A stretch of 63,995 nucleotides of DNA, counting the filler, from Octopus bimaculoides (Eukaryota): the NCBI RefSeq assembly GCF_001194135.2. It is 6 parts of 6 records of this genome, joined end to end, with 100 filler letters (N's around TTAATTAATTAA, not from the genome) between each part and the next. Parts side by side here need not be neighbours in the genome. Positions count along the whole stretch, not along the records: positions 1 to 29,494 come from NC_068986.1; positions 29,595 to 54,224 come from NC_068987.1; 4 more parts are not named here. One strand, given 5' to 3'. Made by a program: the position numbers and the translations under genes. This document shows, one piece after another, positions 25,706 to 39,030 of the stretch. Each line of letters opens with the position of its first letter. Position 1 is the first letter of the stretch. Under the pieces are notes generated by a model. It searched no databases. It had not been told where the DNA came from and worked only from the letters and a program-made list of their open reading frames with translations.

Positions 25706-26107
25706 TACATATATATATATATATATATAAAAATTTCACTCAACATATGTACACACAGTCTCATCCCTCTACAACACAGTCTGAGGATTGTACTTTTGCT
25801 AGCTCTGTCCATCCTCCCCACATGTGGTTTCACAACCCACATGTTTCACTGCCTTCTCTACCTTATGTTCACCTCCTACATTATGTCAACCTCCATGGAG
25901 CATATTTACCTATACTCCATTGTAACTGCTTCTTCTACTACATCATATAAGACTATAGAGTAGAGAGTGGTTCCCTCCGGTTGTACATTTTTATGGTATG
26001 AGTTACCTCCAAAAAATCCCAGTTTATCATGATTTTCTAGTGTAAGCTAGATGCAAGATTCCACCTCTTTCACAGCATCCAAAACTACACTCTACATTGC
26101 TACTTAC

Positions 26108-26158
26108 TTCTTTCAGCAAATGAAAAGAAGAGTATGTGCTGCAGAAATCCTGATCAAA
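26108..26158 (-). CDS. Candidate 51-nt internal exon (FDQDFCSTYSSFHLLKE)
   Basis: atattttgtttcag|TTT GAT CAG...AAA GAA|gtaagta; consensus splice sites, symmetric phase 0, only one open frame. Confidence 0.45.
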
Positions 26159-28319
26159 CTGAAACAAAATATGTTTGAGTAAAAGTAATACCCTACAGTT
26201 TATGTCCTAAATACCCACAAAGATATTAACTTTTGTGCTGTTGGTGAACTCTTGCAATAGTAATGATCAGGGTTACTTAGCAATAACAGATGCTCATTAT
26301 GGGCCCCCATCCAGTGGAATTGATCAGACTAAATACAACTGTTTCTGACTGTTTTCTCTTCACTGTTGTTGCTTAATTCTAGGTTATACATATTCCGGTA
26401 TATTCTTTGCCGTTTCAGCTGTGACCATGCATGCCGTCTTTTGGGTTTTTTTTTTTTAGGGGGCTGGATGTGGGTTTTCAGAAATAGTATATGTCTACAA
26501 CTACATTATCCAATGCACCTTTCCTTTTTTTTTGAAGATGGCACAGTGCAATTTGAGGGACAATGGTTGCTATTTTTAACTGCTCCATCTACCCTTTAGT
26601 AGCTCCTTTCGTTGGCTCAGTCTTCTCTTAATTGTAAGATTTGGTCTTGGAAGGATGTTGTTCTCTTCGTATCTAAGACGTAGTAAATGAGTTGACAGAG
26701 AGTTGATTGATTAAATGTGTAGAAGTTCCATTGACTCCTCCTCCTCATCATCATCATCATCACACCTCCACCACCATCACCATCAACAACAACAGTTTTT
26801 CCATGAGTTAGATCAGTTTGTGTTACTGTGTCTTGCCACTCATAGTGATCTTTACTAAAGATGGGTCAGACAGATCTGTAAAGATACATCTTCAGTCACT
26901 GCTTTCTGACATAACAATCTCAAGATCTTGACCTCTCAACTCATCACACACACTTACTTCATCTCCCTCCCTTGCTCTGTCTTGTAGTCAACTATTTCAT
27001 CATATGCTATTCTTGGATGGCAAACCAGTTCTTGAAGCTCAGATCTAGTTTGAATTTGCACATTACATGCTTATCTGTAGCTTGGAGTTTTGTACCCATT
27101 CAGTCATACATGCATTAGAATTGTCAGTCAGGCAAACTGAGGTGAGAAGAGTTACACGCTCTTTGCTGTAGTCTTTTAATAGTTACTAGACTTTATGAGA
27201 GCCTAATGATAATTATATTTTGCATGGCTCAATTTAGCATGTCTTCTTGCATATAATTAAATACATTATATATTTGAATTATTTGTCAAGCAGAGTTGTA
27301 AGCCCTTTGTTCAGGAGCATGAATATGATGGTATGTGTGAGTATGTATGTATACACTCACACACACACATATAAAATACAAGCCTGGTTTTATGGTTAAA
27401 GTGTTTTGGATTCAAACCCACTACGTAGCACCTTGGCCAAATGTCTTCTACTGTTGCTTCAAGCTGTTCAAAGCATGTGAGTGGATTTGGTAGATGGAAA
27501 CTGAAAGAAGCTCGTCTTTGTGCTTGTGTGTGTGTGTAGATGTATGTATATGTGAATGTGTATGTTTGTGTCTTTGTGTCTCGGCATTGTGTGATTGTCA
27601 TAAACATATGACATTCATTTCCAATATTCTCTAGAAACATGTCTGGCTATGGGCAAGTTTTACCTTACACATCAGGGTTGGCAATAAGATGGGTAACGAG
27701 TTGTTGAAAATCCTTTCAGAAAATCTGCCTTGATAAGACTCTGTCCAATCCATGCGAGCATGGAAAAATTTATGTTAAAACGACACTGGTGCTGATGATA
27801 ATGATGGTGAGATATACTTACACACAAACAGAGACATCAGATCGACATGTTAAGAATGCAGGCAATCATTCATGGCAACACAGCTATAACATATTTTAAC
27901 TTTTGTCAACTCATCAGTTGACAGTTCAATACCATTGCTATCGAACCAAATATTGCAGTTTTCCAGTTTGGGTTAATACATCATGAGTACAGGAGAAAAA
28001 AAAAAAACCCCAAAAAACAAACAAACAAAACAAAACAGGTTATGAATTGTATTAGTTTCAAAAATTGCTTTTTGTATTTTATTTACCTGTTTTATATATA
28101 TATGACTGACTGAAACAAGTAAAAGAATAAACGAATATATTATATATGTTTATATAATTTTTATTTTCTGTTGTCTTTACATGGAGTTGTTTCACAGAAT
28201 AGAGCTGTTGGTTAATAAACTAATGGATGTTGGGCTGTACAGATGATAGTAGTGTGCAAACACATGCACATGTACATATGCATTTATATACACACACACA
28301 TACATACATACACATACAC

Positions 28320-28395
28320 CATATGTATACATATGCACACATACATATGCACACATACATATGCACACATACATATGCACACATACATATGCACA
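28320..28395. repeat. 14-nt minisatellite (CATATGCACACATA) x~5
   Basis: Direct tandem repeats visible in sequence. Confidence 0.85.
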
Positions 28396-28482
28396 CTTGT
28401 GTTGTTCTGCCTCAGCCAACAATAATACAAATAGTTTAAACAGTGAGATATATTGGGCAGGACACCTTCATCAGAATTCTCA

Positions 28483-28532
<50 letters not shown>

Positions 28533-28673
28533 GCTATGCTGTATTGATGTGTATAACACAAACACACACACACACACACACACTAGGTATATACACACAT
28601 TCTCTGTCGCTCTCCCTTCTCACATACCCACTACTGTCTGTCTTTCTTTCTCTCAAACCCATTTCTTGTTTCC

Positions 28674-28770
28674 CCTCTCTCTCTTCCCCCTTCTATCTCT
28701 CTTCCCCCTTCTACCTCTCTTCCCCCTTCTATCTCTTTTCCCCCTTCTATCTCTCTCCCCCTCTCTGTCT
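28674..28770. repeat. 18-nt tandem repeat (CTCTCTTCCCCCTTCTA(T/C)) x~4-5
   Basis: Gives SSPFYL repeats in the ORF track; non-coding tandem array. Confidence 0.8.
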
Positions 28771-28854
28771 CTCCCCCTCTCTTTCAATCTAGCATGCTGT
28801 AATGATTATAATGTTCTGTAATATGGTTAAGATTCTACCTACATGCATACATAC

Positions 28855-28920
<66 letters not shown>

Positions 28921-28941
28921 TGCACACACAGACACAGACAT

Positions 28942-28985
<44 letters not shown>

Positions 28986-29494
28986 TCTGTTTCTCCTCTG
29001 TGCTGTAATGATGTGGATGATGCTAGTGATGACACTAGTCAGAGTTATGACAATAATGCAATAAGGATGATGCTGACATATGACCGTGAAGACAATCATG
29101 ATGATAATGTTGATAATAATATTTACTGCAGTGGCATTTAACGGTGGTTAGAGTGATGGTGTTGATAGTGGTGATGATGATGAGAATGTTGATGATGTTG
29201 ATGCTGGTGCTTGTGGCAATTATGACTGTGTAGGTAATGATTATGATGCCAATGATAATTACCATAATGGTATGAAGGTGGTGGTGGCGCTGTGGTGTTG
29301 ATGCTAGTTAAGGTGATGGTGCTGAGGATGAAAATGGAGAGGAGGATAAAGGTGGTGATGGTCATGGTGGTGGTGGTGATGAGGTTGATGATGATTGTGA
29401 GGAGGGAAAGGACAAGGGTGGTGGTGGTGGTGGTGGTGGTGATGAAGATGAGGGGGACAAGGTTAGTAGTGATGATGATGATGAAGAGGAGGAG

Positions 29495-29594
29495 NNNNNN
29501 NNNNNNNNNNNNNNNNNNNNNNNNNNNNNNNNNNNNNNTTAATTAATTAANNNNNNNNNNNNNNNNNNNNNNNNNNNNNNNNNNNNNNNNNNNN
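29495..29594. other. Artificial scaffold join (44N + TTAATTAATTAA + 44N); same at 54269, 58851, 60985, 62939
   Basis: Identical 12-mer with stops in all frames, embedded in N runs five times; the 29495-29594 join is exactly 100 bp. Confidence 0.95.
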
Positions 29595-31807
29595 ATATAT
29601 ATATATATATATATATACGATGGGCTTCTTTCACTTTCCACCTACCAAATCTACTTACAAGGCTTTGGTTGGCCTGAGGTTATAGTAGAAGACACTTGGC
29701 CAAGTGGGATTGAACCAGGGACCATGTAGTTGGGAAGCAAAGCTTCTTCCAACCATATTACAATATCTTCAAACACCACTTTATTAATGCATACAAGCCA
29801 AATATGACTAAAATAAAATAAATTAGAACAAGCTTATGTTATGAAATGAAAGAAAATCTTAACAAAAAATATTTCTAAGAGACAAGGCCACAAAACTGTA
29901 GAGGTAAGGAGTCAAGTGAACCATACCTCTAATGATATATTGGTGTTAATTTTACCATTTTATTTGGTCTTCTTTTGAAATTGCAATATCTAGATTTATT
30001 AGAATTAAGAGAAGGAGTGAAAAAATGTCAAGTATCAAGATGTAATAGCAGTGCCCCAGCATGGCCACAGTCACTAGCTCAAACCAATAAAAAGAGATTG
30101 TTTTATTAGTTTTACAAAAACGACATATGCTAACTTCTATTAATATGAAACTGGCATGAAAGTTAAACGTTGCAAAAACTAGTACAAAGATGATTGCATA
30201 AACATGCATGTCTATATACACATACATACACACACACACTGCTTGGCAGAATGTCAGAGAAAAGTTGCATGCATCAAGCAAGCAACATGTACAAGTACTG
30301 GAAACAGATAATAAACAGCTAAGAGGGACCAGCAGATCTAGTCGTTTTCGGAAACCTTAAAGAAAGTTTTTAAAACTAAAGTAAATGCCAGAAGCCAAGC
30401 GACGGTTAACTAGTCAGATAATCCAAAGTTGTATTATTACTGTTATTTACTTGTGTTTGTTTCTAAAAACCAAAGACAAAAGTTCCAAAGCAGCAAAAAC
30501 AATCCCACCCTAAATACAAGAGGAGAAGATAGAAGAAAGAAATTTACAGAAATAAAATGAAGTTTGAATTAAAAGATGCAAAGAGGGGGAAAAAAAACAA
30601 ATTTAAAATAATATATAAAATAAAAGTCAGTTTTAAAATTTTCATGGTTTGTTAGTTAAAACAAAAAAAAATTAGAATAAGGTACCCTAAAATGGATGGA
30701 TGGATAGATAGATCAAAAGACAGATAGATGGTAGATAGCTAGAGAGAGACAGATATATAGAGAGATCAATTAGGTAGATTGATGGTATTATAGAGATAAA
30801 CAAAATCTTATCTTACCTGAAAGTTGCCCCTTAAAATGGAGTTGTTGATGTATGAAGTAACCCTAGTAGTAGAAGAAACCAACAGATAGCAGGTGGGGAC
30901 TAGGGTACTCTGTCCACTACGAAAAAAGAGCCTGATGAACAAGAAGTCACTTTGAAGATTGACAATGCTGCTGGCCGGTTGAAGCTTGTAGAACCGATGT
31001 TTGCAGAAATAGCTACGTATGCAACGCAGCACGCAGTCCAGTCACACTACACAAGACACAAGTGTATGTGCGTGTGTGTGTGTGTGTCTGTGTGTATACG
31101 TATGCATGTATACATACCATACGTGCACATGAATGAAAAGAGTCTTGGCACAATCTTTGACGAAGACACTGTCTACACATGAGGAGAAGAGGGGACGACT
31201 GACCTGACAAGAAACCTGAACACTGGCTGATGAGAGAACTGTGGTCGGAAGAGTGGTGACGACAGAGATGTTGGGATGAAACTCGCTACCAACGGGTGCA
31301 ACTTAAGAAGAGGGATGCATTGATGTTAAAAATCGGCTGCTGTTGCTGGTGGTGGTGTTGTTGATAATGATGATGACTAAGCCCATTCAGCACTGCACAA
31401 GCATTTAGAAAAAGGGGGCTTTGTTGTTGGTTGCTGGTTGCTGAGGATGCTGCTGCTGATGGTGGAGGTGGTGGTGCCGGTGGTGGTGGTGCCGGTGGTG
31501 GTGGTGGTGATGATGACAGCAGTGGCAGTGTTGTAGACATCTTACCTCCTCCCCACCACCACTGAGCTATTTGGCTGCTTGTGGCTCCCCAAAAGGGGCT
31601 TGGAGGGGCCTCACAAGCAAAAAGCAAGCCATTTGCTGACTGACACCGCTATGTCAAAGTTTATTAGATTTAACGATGCATGATGACTCAAGAATGTATC
31701 AGAATGTTCCACACTGATGTGGAGATGAATAGGGGTGGTGCTGATGCTGGCTCTGTAGCTGTAGTTGCAGTAGTAGAAGTCTGCTGTAATGGGCAAATAA
31801 CAACAGC

Positions 31808-31850
<43 letters not shown>

Positions 31851-33049
31851 ATGATGGTGGCTGTGATGTTACGCTAAGACCAACACTAAGTAGAACACCT
31901 TTCTAAACATCCATAACAGAAGTGGTGGTGGTGGTGGTGGTGATGGTAGTGGTGGTGGTGGTAGTAGTGGTGGTTGTTGTGGTTGTTGCTATTGATGTTG
32001 TTGTTGTGATGAGGGTGGTTGATGCTGCTGCTGATGGAACGCCCGCCATGTTGATACCGAGTTTTTAAAAAAAAAAAAAAGAGAAAAAGAAGAAAAAGAG
32101 AAAAAAGAGAAAAGAAAAAGTATATCGATGCCAGATGAAAGAGATTTTGGTTATCTGGTCGGCCACACTCTTACGGTCTTCCCCAAGTAGCAAAGTAGCA
32201 AAAGATGCAGGAAGAATTACCACTCATTGCTGCAGTTGAAGCAAAGCTGAGGATGAAAGCTACCCCAACAGGGCTGCAGGGATGATAAAGGATGGTGGTG
32301 GTTGTGGTGGTGGTGGTGGTTGTGGTGGAGACGACGACGACGACGACGACAACAACAGGTTCACCGCCTGAGGGCCTGATAGACTGTAAACATTTCCCTG
32401 GTAGAGAATTTTAAATTATCAACTTAGAATATGTAACTACAGTAATTGTCAGCACAAGGTACACCAGTTATTATTTTTTTTTAAATTAAAATTCATTAAT
32501 TATAAATGAAGAAAAATAAACATTTAAAAAAAAAGAACACGAAACAAAACACTGAATATACACAAAAAAAATAGAATCAACACATGAAAAAAAAAAACAG
32601 ACCCAGTATAAATATATACATATATCTGTATGAGTTATAAGGGTGGATGTTCTACAGGATAGCCATAGAACTTCAACTATTTTGGAATAATACAAGACCA
32701 CAATTATATCAATCCCAATAATTCAAGTAGTACTTATTCTTAAACTTCTAAGAGGAAAAACGAGAGAATCGATTTGAATATAAATGGAATTGATCTAGAA
32801 TCAAATACATGAAAACCTATTTGTTCAGGTGCACCAAATCCGTCAGCTGTTACACATCTGACAGGCTTTTTGCACAACTTTCATCAACCAGATTTTAATC
32901 ACAGGTCTTTGATTAACCCAGAGTTAGGAGACATCTATTCAAAGTGCTGCACATTATGATTGAACCTGAAACTACATGGTCGCAAAGCAAACATGAAGAG
33001 TATACACCCATGCTTGCTCATGAATTTTATATATATATATATATATATA

Positions 33050-33439
33050 CTAGCTGGCCCTGTGCCATCAAAAAGGACAGCTAATTGTAGTATTTTATAT
33101 ATAAATATGGATGGTAAAGTTATCTAGTGGTTGTCTTTTGAGATGTGACATCAATCATCGTTTGTTACAGAAAGAATGCTGGTTCACACATACATTCACA
33201 TACTTCCTCTGTACACATACACATATATACTCAGAGTTGAAACGCTGTTTGATTTTTCTTTTCAGCATTGAATGCTCACCATCTCACTGCCATTACACAC
33301 ACATACTCACAGATTTGAAACGCTCCTACTACCAGTTTGCTATCACCCCTTCTTTCCATCCTTATTCATTTATCACCCCCTCCCTTTCTCATTCATATGT
33401 TGTGACAGAGAAAAACACAAGAGTTTTTATTATAGTAGA
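33050..33439 (-). mobile_element. Non-autonomous Helitron-like element
   Basis: Minus strand starts A|TCTACTATAATAAAA and ends with a subterminal hairpin (AGCTGTCC...GGCCAGCT) and CTAG|T, i.e. inserted at an AT dinucleotide with no TSD. Confidence 0.6.
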
Positions 33440-33600
33440 TATATATAAATTATGTGGTAAGGCTTCAACAAGTAGAATAGCACTTGATCAGCTAAGAGAA
33501 TAAAGCTAACGTTATAATGAAAACCACAAGTCTAATGAAATACAGCTATCGAGGGTTTCATGGCTGAAACATTTCGCCATTTTGGAAGCTGGGACAGTTG

Positions 33601-33633
<33 letters not shown>

Positions 33634-35619
33634 ACTCCGACCCCACACAATCTGGCTGACAAACCACTCTTCAGCATCCCACTTTCGAACACCCACCTCC
33701 CTCAATCTGTCCCCAGTCATTACATAGCCCTTATGTTGTCAACATACACTATCAGGTCCCTATACACTATCCAGTCCCTGTACACCTCCCCATAAGTTGG
33801 ATGTATGCTCTCCCCTACATCTTTTATCTCTCTCTCTTGCACTCCCCAACTGTGGTAGTAATTATGTCTTCTCTACTGCAGGACACTTATTTCTTTCCTT
33901 GTGTCCATACTCTTCTCACCACCTGACACAAAGCCACCTCCCTCAACACTATTCCTCACTTCAGTTGAGAGGGGTCTTGTTTTGCAAGTTACTTGATGCC
34001 TCGTAAAAAGCATCCAGTAGTCAGTAAAGGGGTTGGTGTTAGGAAGAGCATCCAGCCATAGAAGCCATGCCAAAGCAGATGGTAGACTTAGCACAGTCTT
34101 TTGACTTGCCAGCTCCTATCCATCCAACCCATGCTAGCATGAAAGGAGAATGTTAAATAAAGATGATGATTCTTAACTGCTATGTATATAATATGTTCCT
34201 AAATTTACATGCAGTTCTTATTAAATAAGAACTGCATGTAAATTTAGGAGCAACTAACAGAGGTTAATAAATAATGGATTAAATTAATATTTCCTTCGAA
34301 AAATTTGGTGTTTTAATGTGGCTATGTAACTGTCTAAGTAATGATTGCCACACAACATACTAGTATCTGCTAGTGGATCACGTGTAAAGATTATGTAATA
34401 TATGTTATAAAAAGATAAAACATATCTGCTTTATTCTGCTCTCATGGCCTGAGTGGTTCAGAAATGAACTTTGCAAGCATGTGGTTTGAGGTTGCATGGC
34501 ACCTTATGCAAGTGTTTTCTGCTGTAACCTCAGGCAAACAAATGCCTTGTGATTGAATTTGGAAGATGGAAACTGTACAAAACCTGTCATGTGTGTGTGT
34601 GTGTGCAAATGCTTACATCCTGCTTGCTTCGTATAAAAACACAGTTTGTCATTTCCTGTCAACAAATTGTCTGCAAGATTCTGCAATTTTGCCACCTTAA
34701 TAATAATAAAATCAGCCATTAAACAATGAAGGTGACTCTGCTAACGTTAATGATCGTTAGATATATCTGTAATTACCTCTTTCCGACTTGGCAACAGTAA
34801 AGCACAAAAACAGAAGAGTCAAAGATACCCTGATACATGGATGCAAAAATATTAAAAAATACAGAAATGGATATTTAGCAACTGCTGTAATTTTGACAAA
34901 ATATAAACACAAAACAAATAATACACCATATTCTAGATGGTGTCAATAACCTTTCTCTACTGTGACAGGAAAGTGACAACCAAACATATACATGACACCG
35001 AAGGTCAGTATTTAAACTAACCAGCAGTTTGTAGTTGTGATTGACAAGCTGGGTATAAACAATACTGAATAACACATCATAACCCACCTCAGTGTCTCTA
35101 TTCTCACAGACAGAAGTATTTCTCAGGTGAATGGAGTTATAGGGCACTTGGATGAAGGCAATGCAATAGCTACAGCCAAGCTGAAACTCTGCAACTTTAA
35201 ATTCCCAGTCAGTGTATATAATTATATACACGCACACACACAGAGTGGTACATACATACATTAGAATGTTCATTTCAAATGTCGTAGTATCACATCATCT
35301 GGTTGTATTGTAATTATGTCTACAAGCTACTTCTGCCTCAAGATTGCCTTTGGACCAAATATTCTACCCATGTTATGTTACCACCAATAACAATGATACA
35401 AATACTTCCTATTACGGTCACAAGGCCTGACATTCTGTGGGAGAGGGCTGGTCGATTACATCGACCCCAGTATTCAGCTAGTAATTATTTTATTGACCTC
35501 CAAAAGGATGAAAAGCTAAGTCAACTCAGAACATAGAAAGACAGAAGAAATACTGCTGAGAATTTTGTTAGGCACCCTAAAGATTCTGCTTTAATGTTAC
35601 AATGATAATAATAATGATA

Positions 35620-36170
35620 ATTAATAAATGCCCTGATGCAGTACCAGGCAGTGGCTTCCATGGCTTCTGATCTTAACTGATTGGAAGTGTTATCATGTGC
35701 ATTGTTTGGGCTACAGCAAATATTCTGCTCAATACCACAGATTTGCTTGTCAGTTGTTTGACCTTAACCAGTGGAGCATGTCCCTCGGTGGCTGACGATA
35801 TGTGCATCTCTGATCACTAGCAGAAGTAGTGGAGGAGCATCATAGCCATGTGTTGAGAGGAATTCTTTGAGGTTTGAATAATTCACCTCTGGAAACCTGG
35901 GTGTTTTGTTCAACATCCTTAACTAACCCTTATTCAGGGACCTTTTGAGTGAGATGGGCTACTCGGCCTGAAGAAAATTCTAACTGGGCCCCACCTGCAA
36001 GGTCATGTGCTGTTTATCTAGGTATGAGATCACCATGTTGTGCACATATGGTTGTGATGCATGTGCCTGATGTACCCTTATCAGACAGGTACTCATGAGG
36101 GTATATTGGGCTTCATATATTTTACCTCCTGTCACTTTAATAGCATGCACTGCTCTCTCACTCAATAATA
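35620..36170. repeat. Dispersed repeat of unknown class between (AAT)n tracts
   Basis: Higher-GC block bounded by (AAT)n runs, no ORF; directly precedes the R4-like fragment. Class not determined. Confidence 0.4.
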
Positions 36171-36187
36171 ATAATATTATTATTATT

Positions 36188-36650
36188 ATGATAGATAAAG
36201 GAAAAAAAGGAAACCAAGATTATAGACATTGCAATATCTTGGGATGCACGTATAAGCGACAAAAAAACTAGAAAAAAATTAAAAGTACAGACTACTAAAA
36301 GATGAAATTGCAAGAACGTGGACTATGAGGACAGTGTCTGCCATCCCAGTAGTTGTAGGGGCACACGGAGCACTAGGAACCAAGTCCGAGAAATATGTCA
36401 GAGAAATCGGAATTGCTACGAGAGCAGAACAAACCCCAAAACTGCTCTGCTGGGTACAGCTAGGATTTTGAGATTGGTACTGAGATGTCGAATGTCTTCC
36501 ATGATAATCAACAACCAAGTATCAGCGCTTATAATGTGCGAAAAGAGACCTGTGAGACCACTGACGAAAGGCAGCTGTCCGCTCTCACATAATCAACCAG
36601 AGCAAACAAGACTAAATGCACTGAGAAGTAAAACAATAATAATAATAATA
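36188..36650 (+). mobile_element. 3' fragment of an R4/Dong-type (restriction-like endonuclease) non-LTR retrotransposon, frameshifted
   Basis: Translates across frameshifts as KIIDIAISWDARI...YRLLKDEIARTWTMRTVSAIPVVVGAHGALG...TALLGTARILRLVL, matching the RLE motif 'IIDxA.P.D...K..KY..L..EI...W....IPVV.GALG...ALLGTARIL'; ends in an (AAT)n tail. Confidence 0.8.
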
Positions 36651-36654
36651 ATAA

Positions 36655-37050
36655 TGGCTTCAAACTTTGGTACAAGGTCAGCAATTTCAAGGGACGGGGC
36701 TAGTTGATTACATCAACCCCACAACTCAACCGATACTTATTTTATCAAAGGATGAAAGGCAAAGTTGACCCTGGAAGAGTTTGAACTCAGAATGTAAAGA
36801 CGGATGAAATGCCACTAAGCATTTTACCCAGTGTGCTAACAATTCTGTCAGCTCCAAATTTTGACACAAGGCCAGCAACTTTAGAGGAGTGGATAAGTCG
36901 ATTAAATCAACCCAGTACTTGACTGGTACTTATTTCATTGACCTAGAAAGGATGAACGGCTAAGCTGATCTCAGCAGAATTTGAACTCAGAACATAGAAA
37001 GATAATAGAAATGCTGTTAAGTATTTCCCCTAACACCCTAATGACTCTGC
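36655..37050 (-). mobile_element. Tandem pair of SINE family B
   Basis: Two reverse copies of the ...GGATGAAAGGCAAAGTTGAC...TTTGAACTCAGAA core. Confidence 0.7.
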
Positions 37051-38694
37051 CAGCATGCTGCCTTTGTAATGATTTCTTTTATGAGGTAACAGATGGTTAG
37101 GAGTAGGAACTACACAGAAACCAGGACTACAAAAAGCCCTGACATGAGCAATACTGAGCAGAGTAGAGTAGAAGTGGATAAATATGGATCAAACTATAAA
37201 AAGTCAAACAATCAAAGACATGGTTTCAATTACCTGTTAGCTAAAATAGAATATAACTGAAGTATGACACAGTCGGCAGTTTTATATGAAACTGGAAATT
37301 AGGCCAGCATAATGAAAATAACCCGAGACAAAAGAGATGGCGCACAAACCCGCTGCAAAAAAAGGTCTTAGGCAATGATGAAGAAATCATGCTCTCTTCT
37401 ATGTTAATCATACAGACAAGGAGATTAATTATTTATTCCTCATAATTGCATAGTAAAAAACAAAAAACAGAAAGCTTCCTTAACATATCAATTTCAAATT
37501 GCAACAGTATATCTTTGTAAGAAATGGAGCGATAAAAAGAGACACATAACATCATAACCAAAATGCCTGTACTTACAAACGTACAGCAAATAAGACACAG
37601 TATACATCACAGATTATTCTCTTAAGAAAAAGATATAGTACATAAATAGGTCATAGAGATATGCTTTGTTAAGCAATGTCAACCTCGCATCTATAGATAG
37701 AATACCAGTCTATCACCAATATCCCCCCGACTCAGCACCCATTCTTGCCAACTAGACAGTTGAACAGACACTGCTAAAAATTTAAAAAATAGAATGCCTG
37801 CGAGTTATTTGAGCTCACAGTTTATGAACAGGTAATTCAATGCCTTATCCACTCGGCCATTTTATGTCTACTCCCTGCAAAACAAGATGGTTTTGTGATT
37901 CTTTCTAGTATGTATGTGCACATGCATGCGTACACACAATCATTTATCTATCTTGGTTTCAGAGTTATATGAACAAGCTTTATTTATATATTTAGTATAC
38001 TATCTTCCTCTTTAGCTTACAAACATTTGGAGAGATTTTATCTGTCTATGTGTATATACATACATAATATATGTATGTATGTATGTATACACACATACTT
38101 CAACCTGTCTAAACTAGCCTTCCCTTCAGGTAGCATCAATGCCACTTCAGTTTGCCAAAGTACCAGCATGTTACTCGTGTGAATTTAATGTTATGAAAGA
38201 AGTAATAGGAGCTGGATATGCCAAAAGTGATCTGAGACAAACTAGAAGCACTTCACATTCCACACTAAAGGTGACAGCTTTCACAGAAGATAAGTAATCT
38301 TAACTAAATACAAGTAGAAACTACTGCTGCAATTTGTACATATAATGAAACAACTAAAGCACTTTGTGCATAGAGTTACACAACTTAGACAAATGTACTA
38401 TGAACAATTACGTTCTAAAAGAAAATTTTAATCTAACATGCTATTATTACAATTATTAGTGGAAGGCATCACTCTGGTAGACTCATTACTGTGCTGGACA
38501 AAATACTTAGGAGCATTTCTTCCAGTTCTTCATGTTCTGATTTTAAATGCTGCATCCTTTCAGGGTCAATAAAATATGTACCAGTTCAGTGTTGCCGGCC
38601 AATATAATCAACTCAATCCTTGCCTTAAAATTACTGGCCTTATGTCAAAGCTGAAAATAATTGATAAATCAGCCGCTCTGAGCCAATATGGCAT

Positions 38695-39030
38695 ATCCAT
38701 CATCATCATCATCATAATTTAGCATCCATTTTCCATGCAGGCATGGGTTAGATGGTTTGACTAAAACTGGCAAGGCAGAGAGCTGTACCAGGCTCCAGTC
38801 TGATTTTGGGTTAGTTCCTACAGCTGGATGCCCTTCCTAACGCCAACCACTCTAAGAGTGTAGTGGGTGCCTTTCACACGTCAAGTAACCACCACAGGTG
38901 TCTTTTACACGTCACCATTGTAGGTGCCTTTAACATGTCACCATCATGGGTGCCTTTTGTGTCACTGTGACAAGCACCTTTTATTTGGCACTGCGACAGT
39001 GCCTTTTCTATGTCACTAGCACAGTCCACG
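38695..39030 (-). mobile_element. RTE 3' tail with internal ~25-nt minisatellite
   Basis: Reverse tail 38695-38870, then ~6 degenerate copies of GTGCCTTTT(ACAC)GTCAC. Confidence 0.7.

Noticed and set aside
26860-27090. Protein-like frame ELQELVCHPRIAYDEIVDYK with GTAAGT donor
   Set aside because: Poor acceptor, upstream stop, and resemblance to decayed LINE C-terminal sequence.
28200-28250. Plus-strand cacag|A ATA GAG CTG...IELLVNKLMDVGLYR*
   Set aside because: Short, single splice signal, no partner exon.
28320-28770. Regular short repeats that might suggest a CRISPR-like array
   Set aside because: Contiguous tandem minisatellites without unique spacers, in a eukaryotic context.
32140-32165. 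TTTGGTTATCT, similar to the miR-9 5' end
   Set aside because: Only 11 nt match and no precursor-length hairpin.
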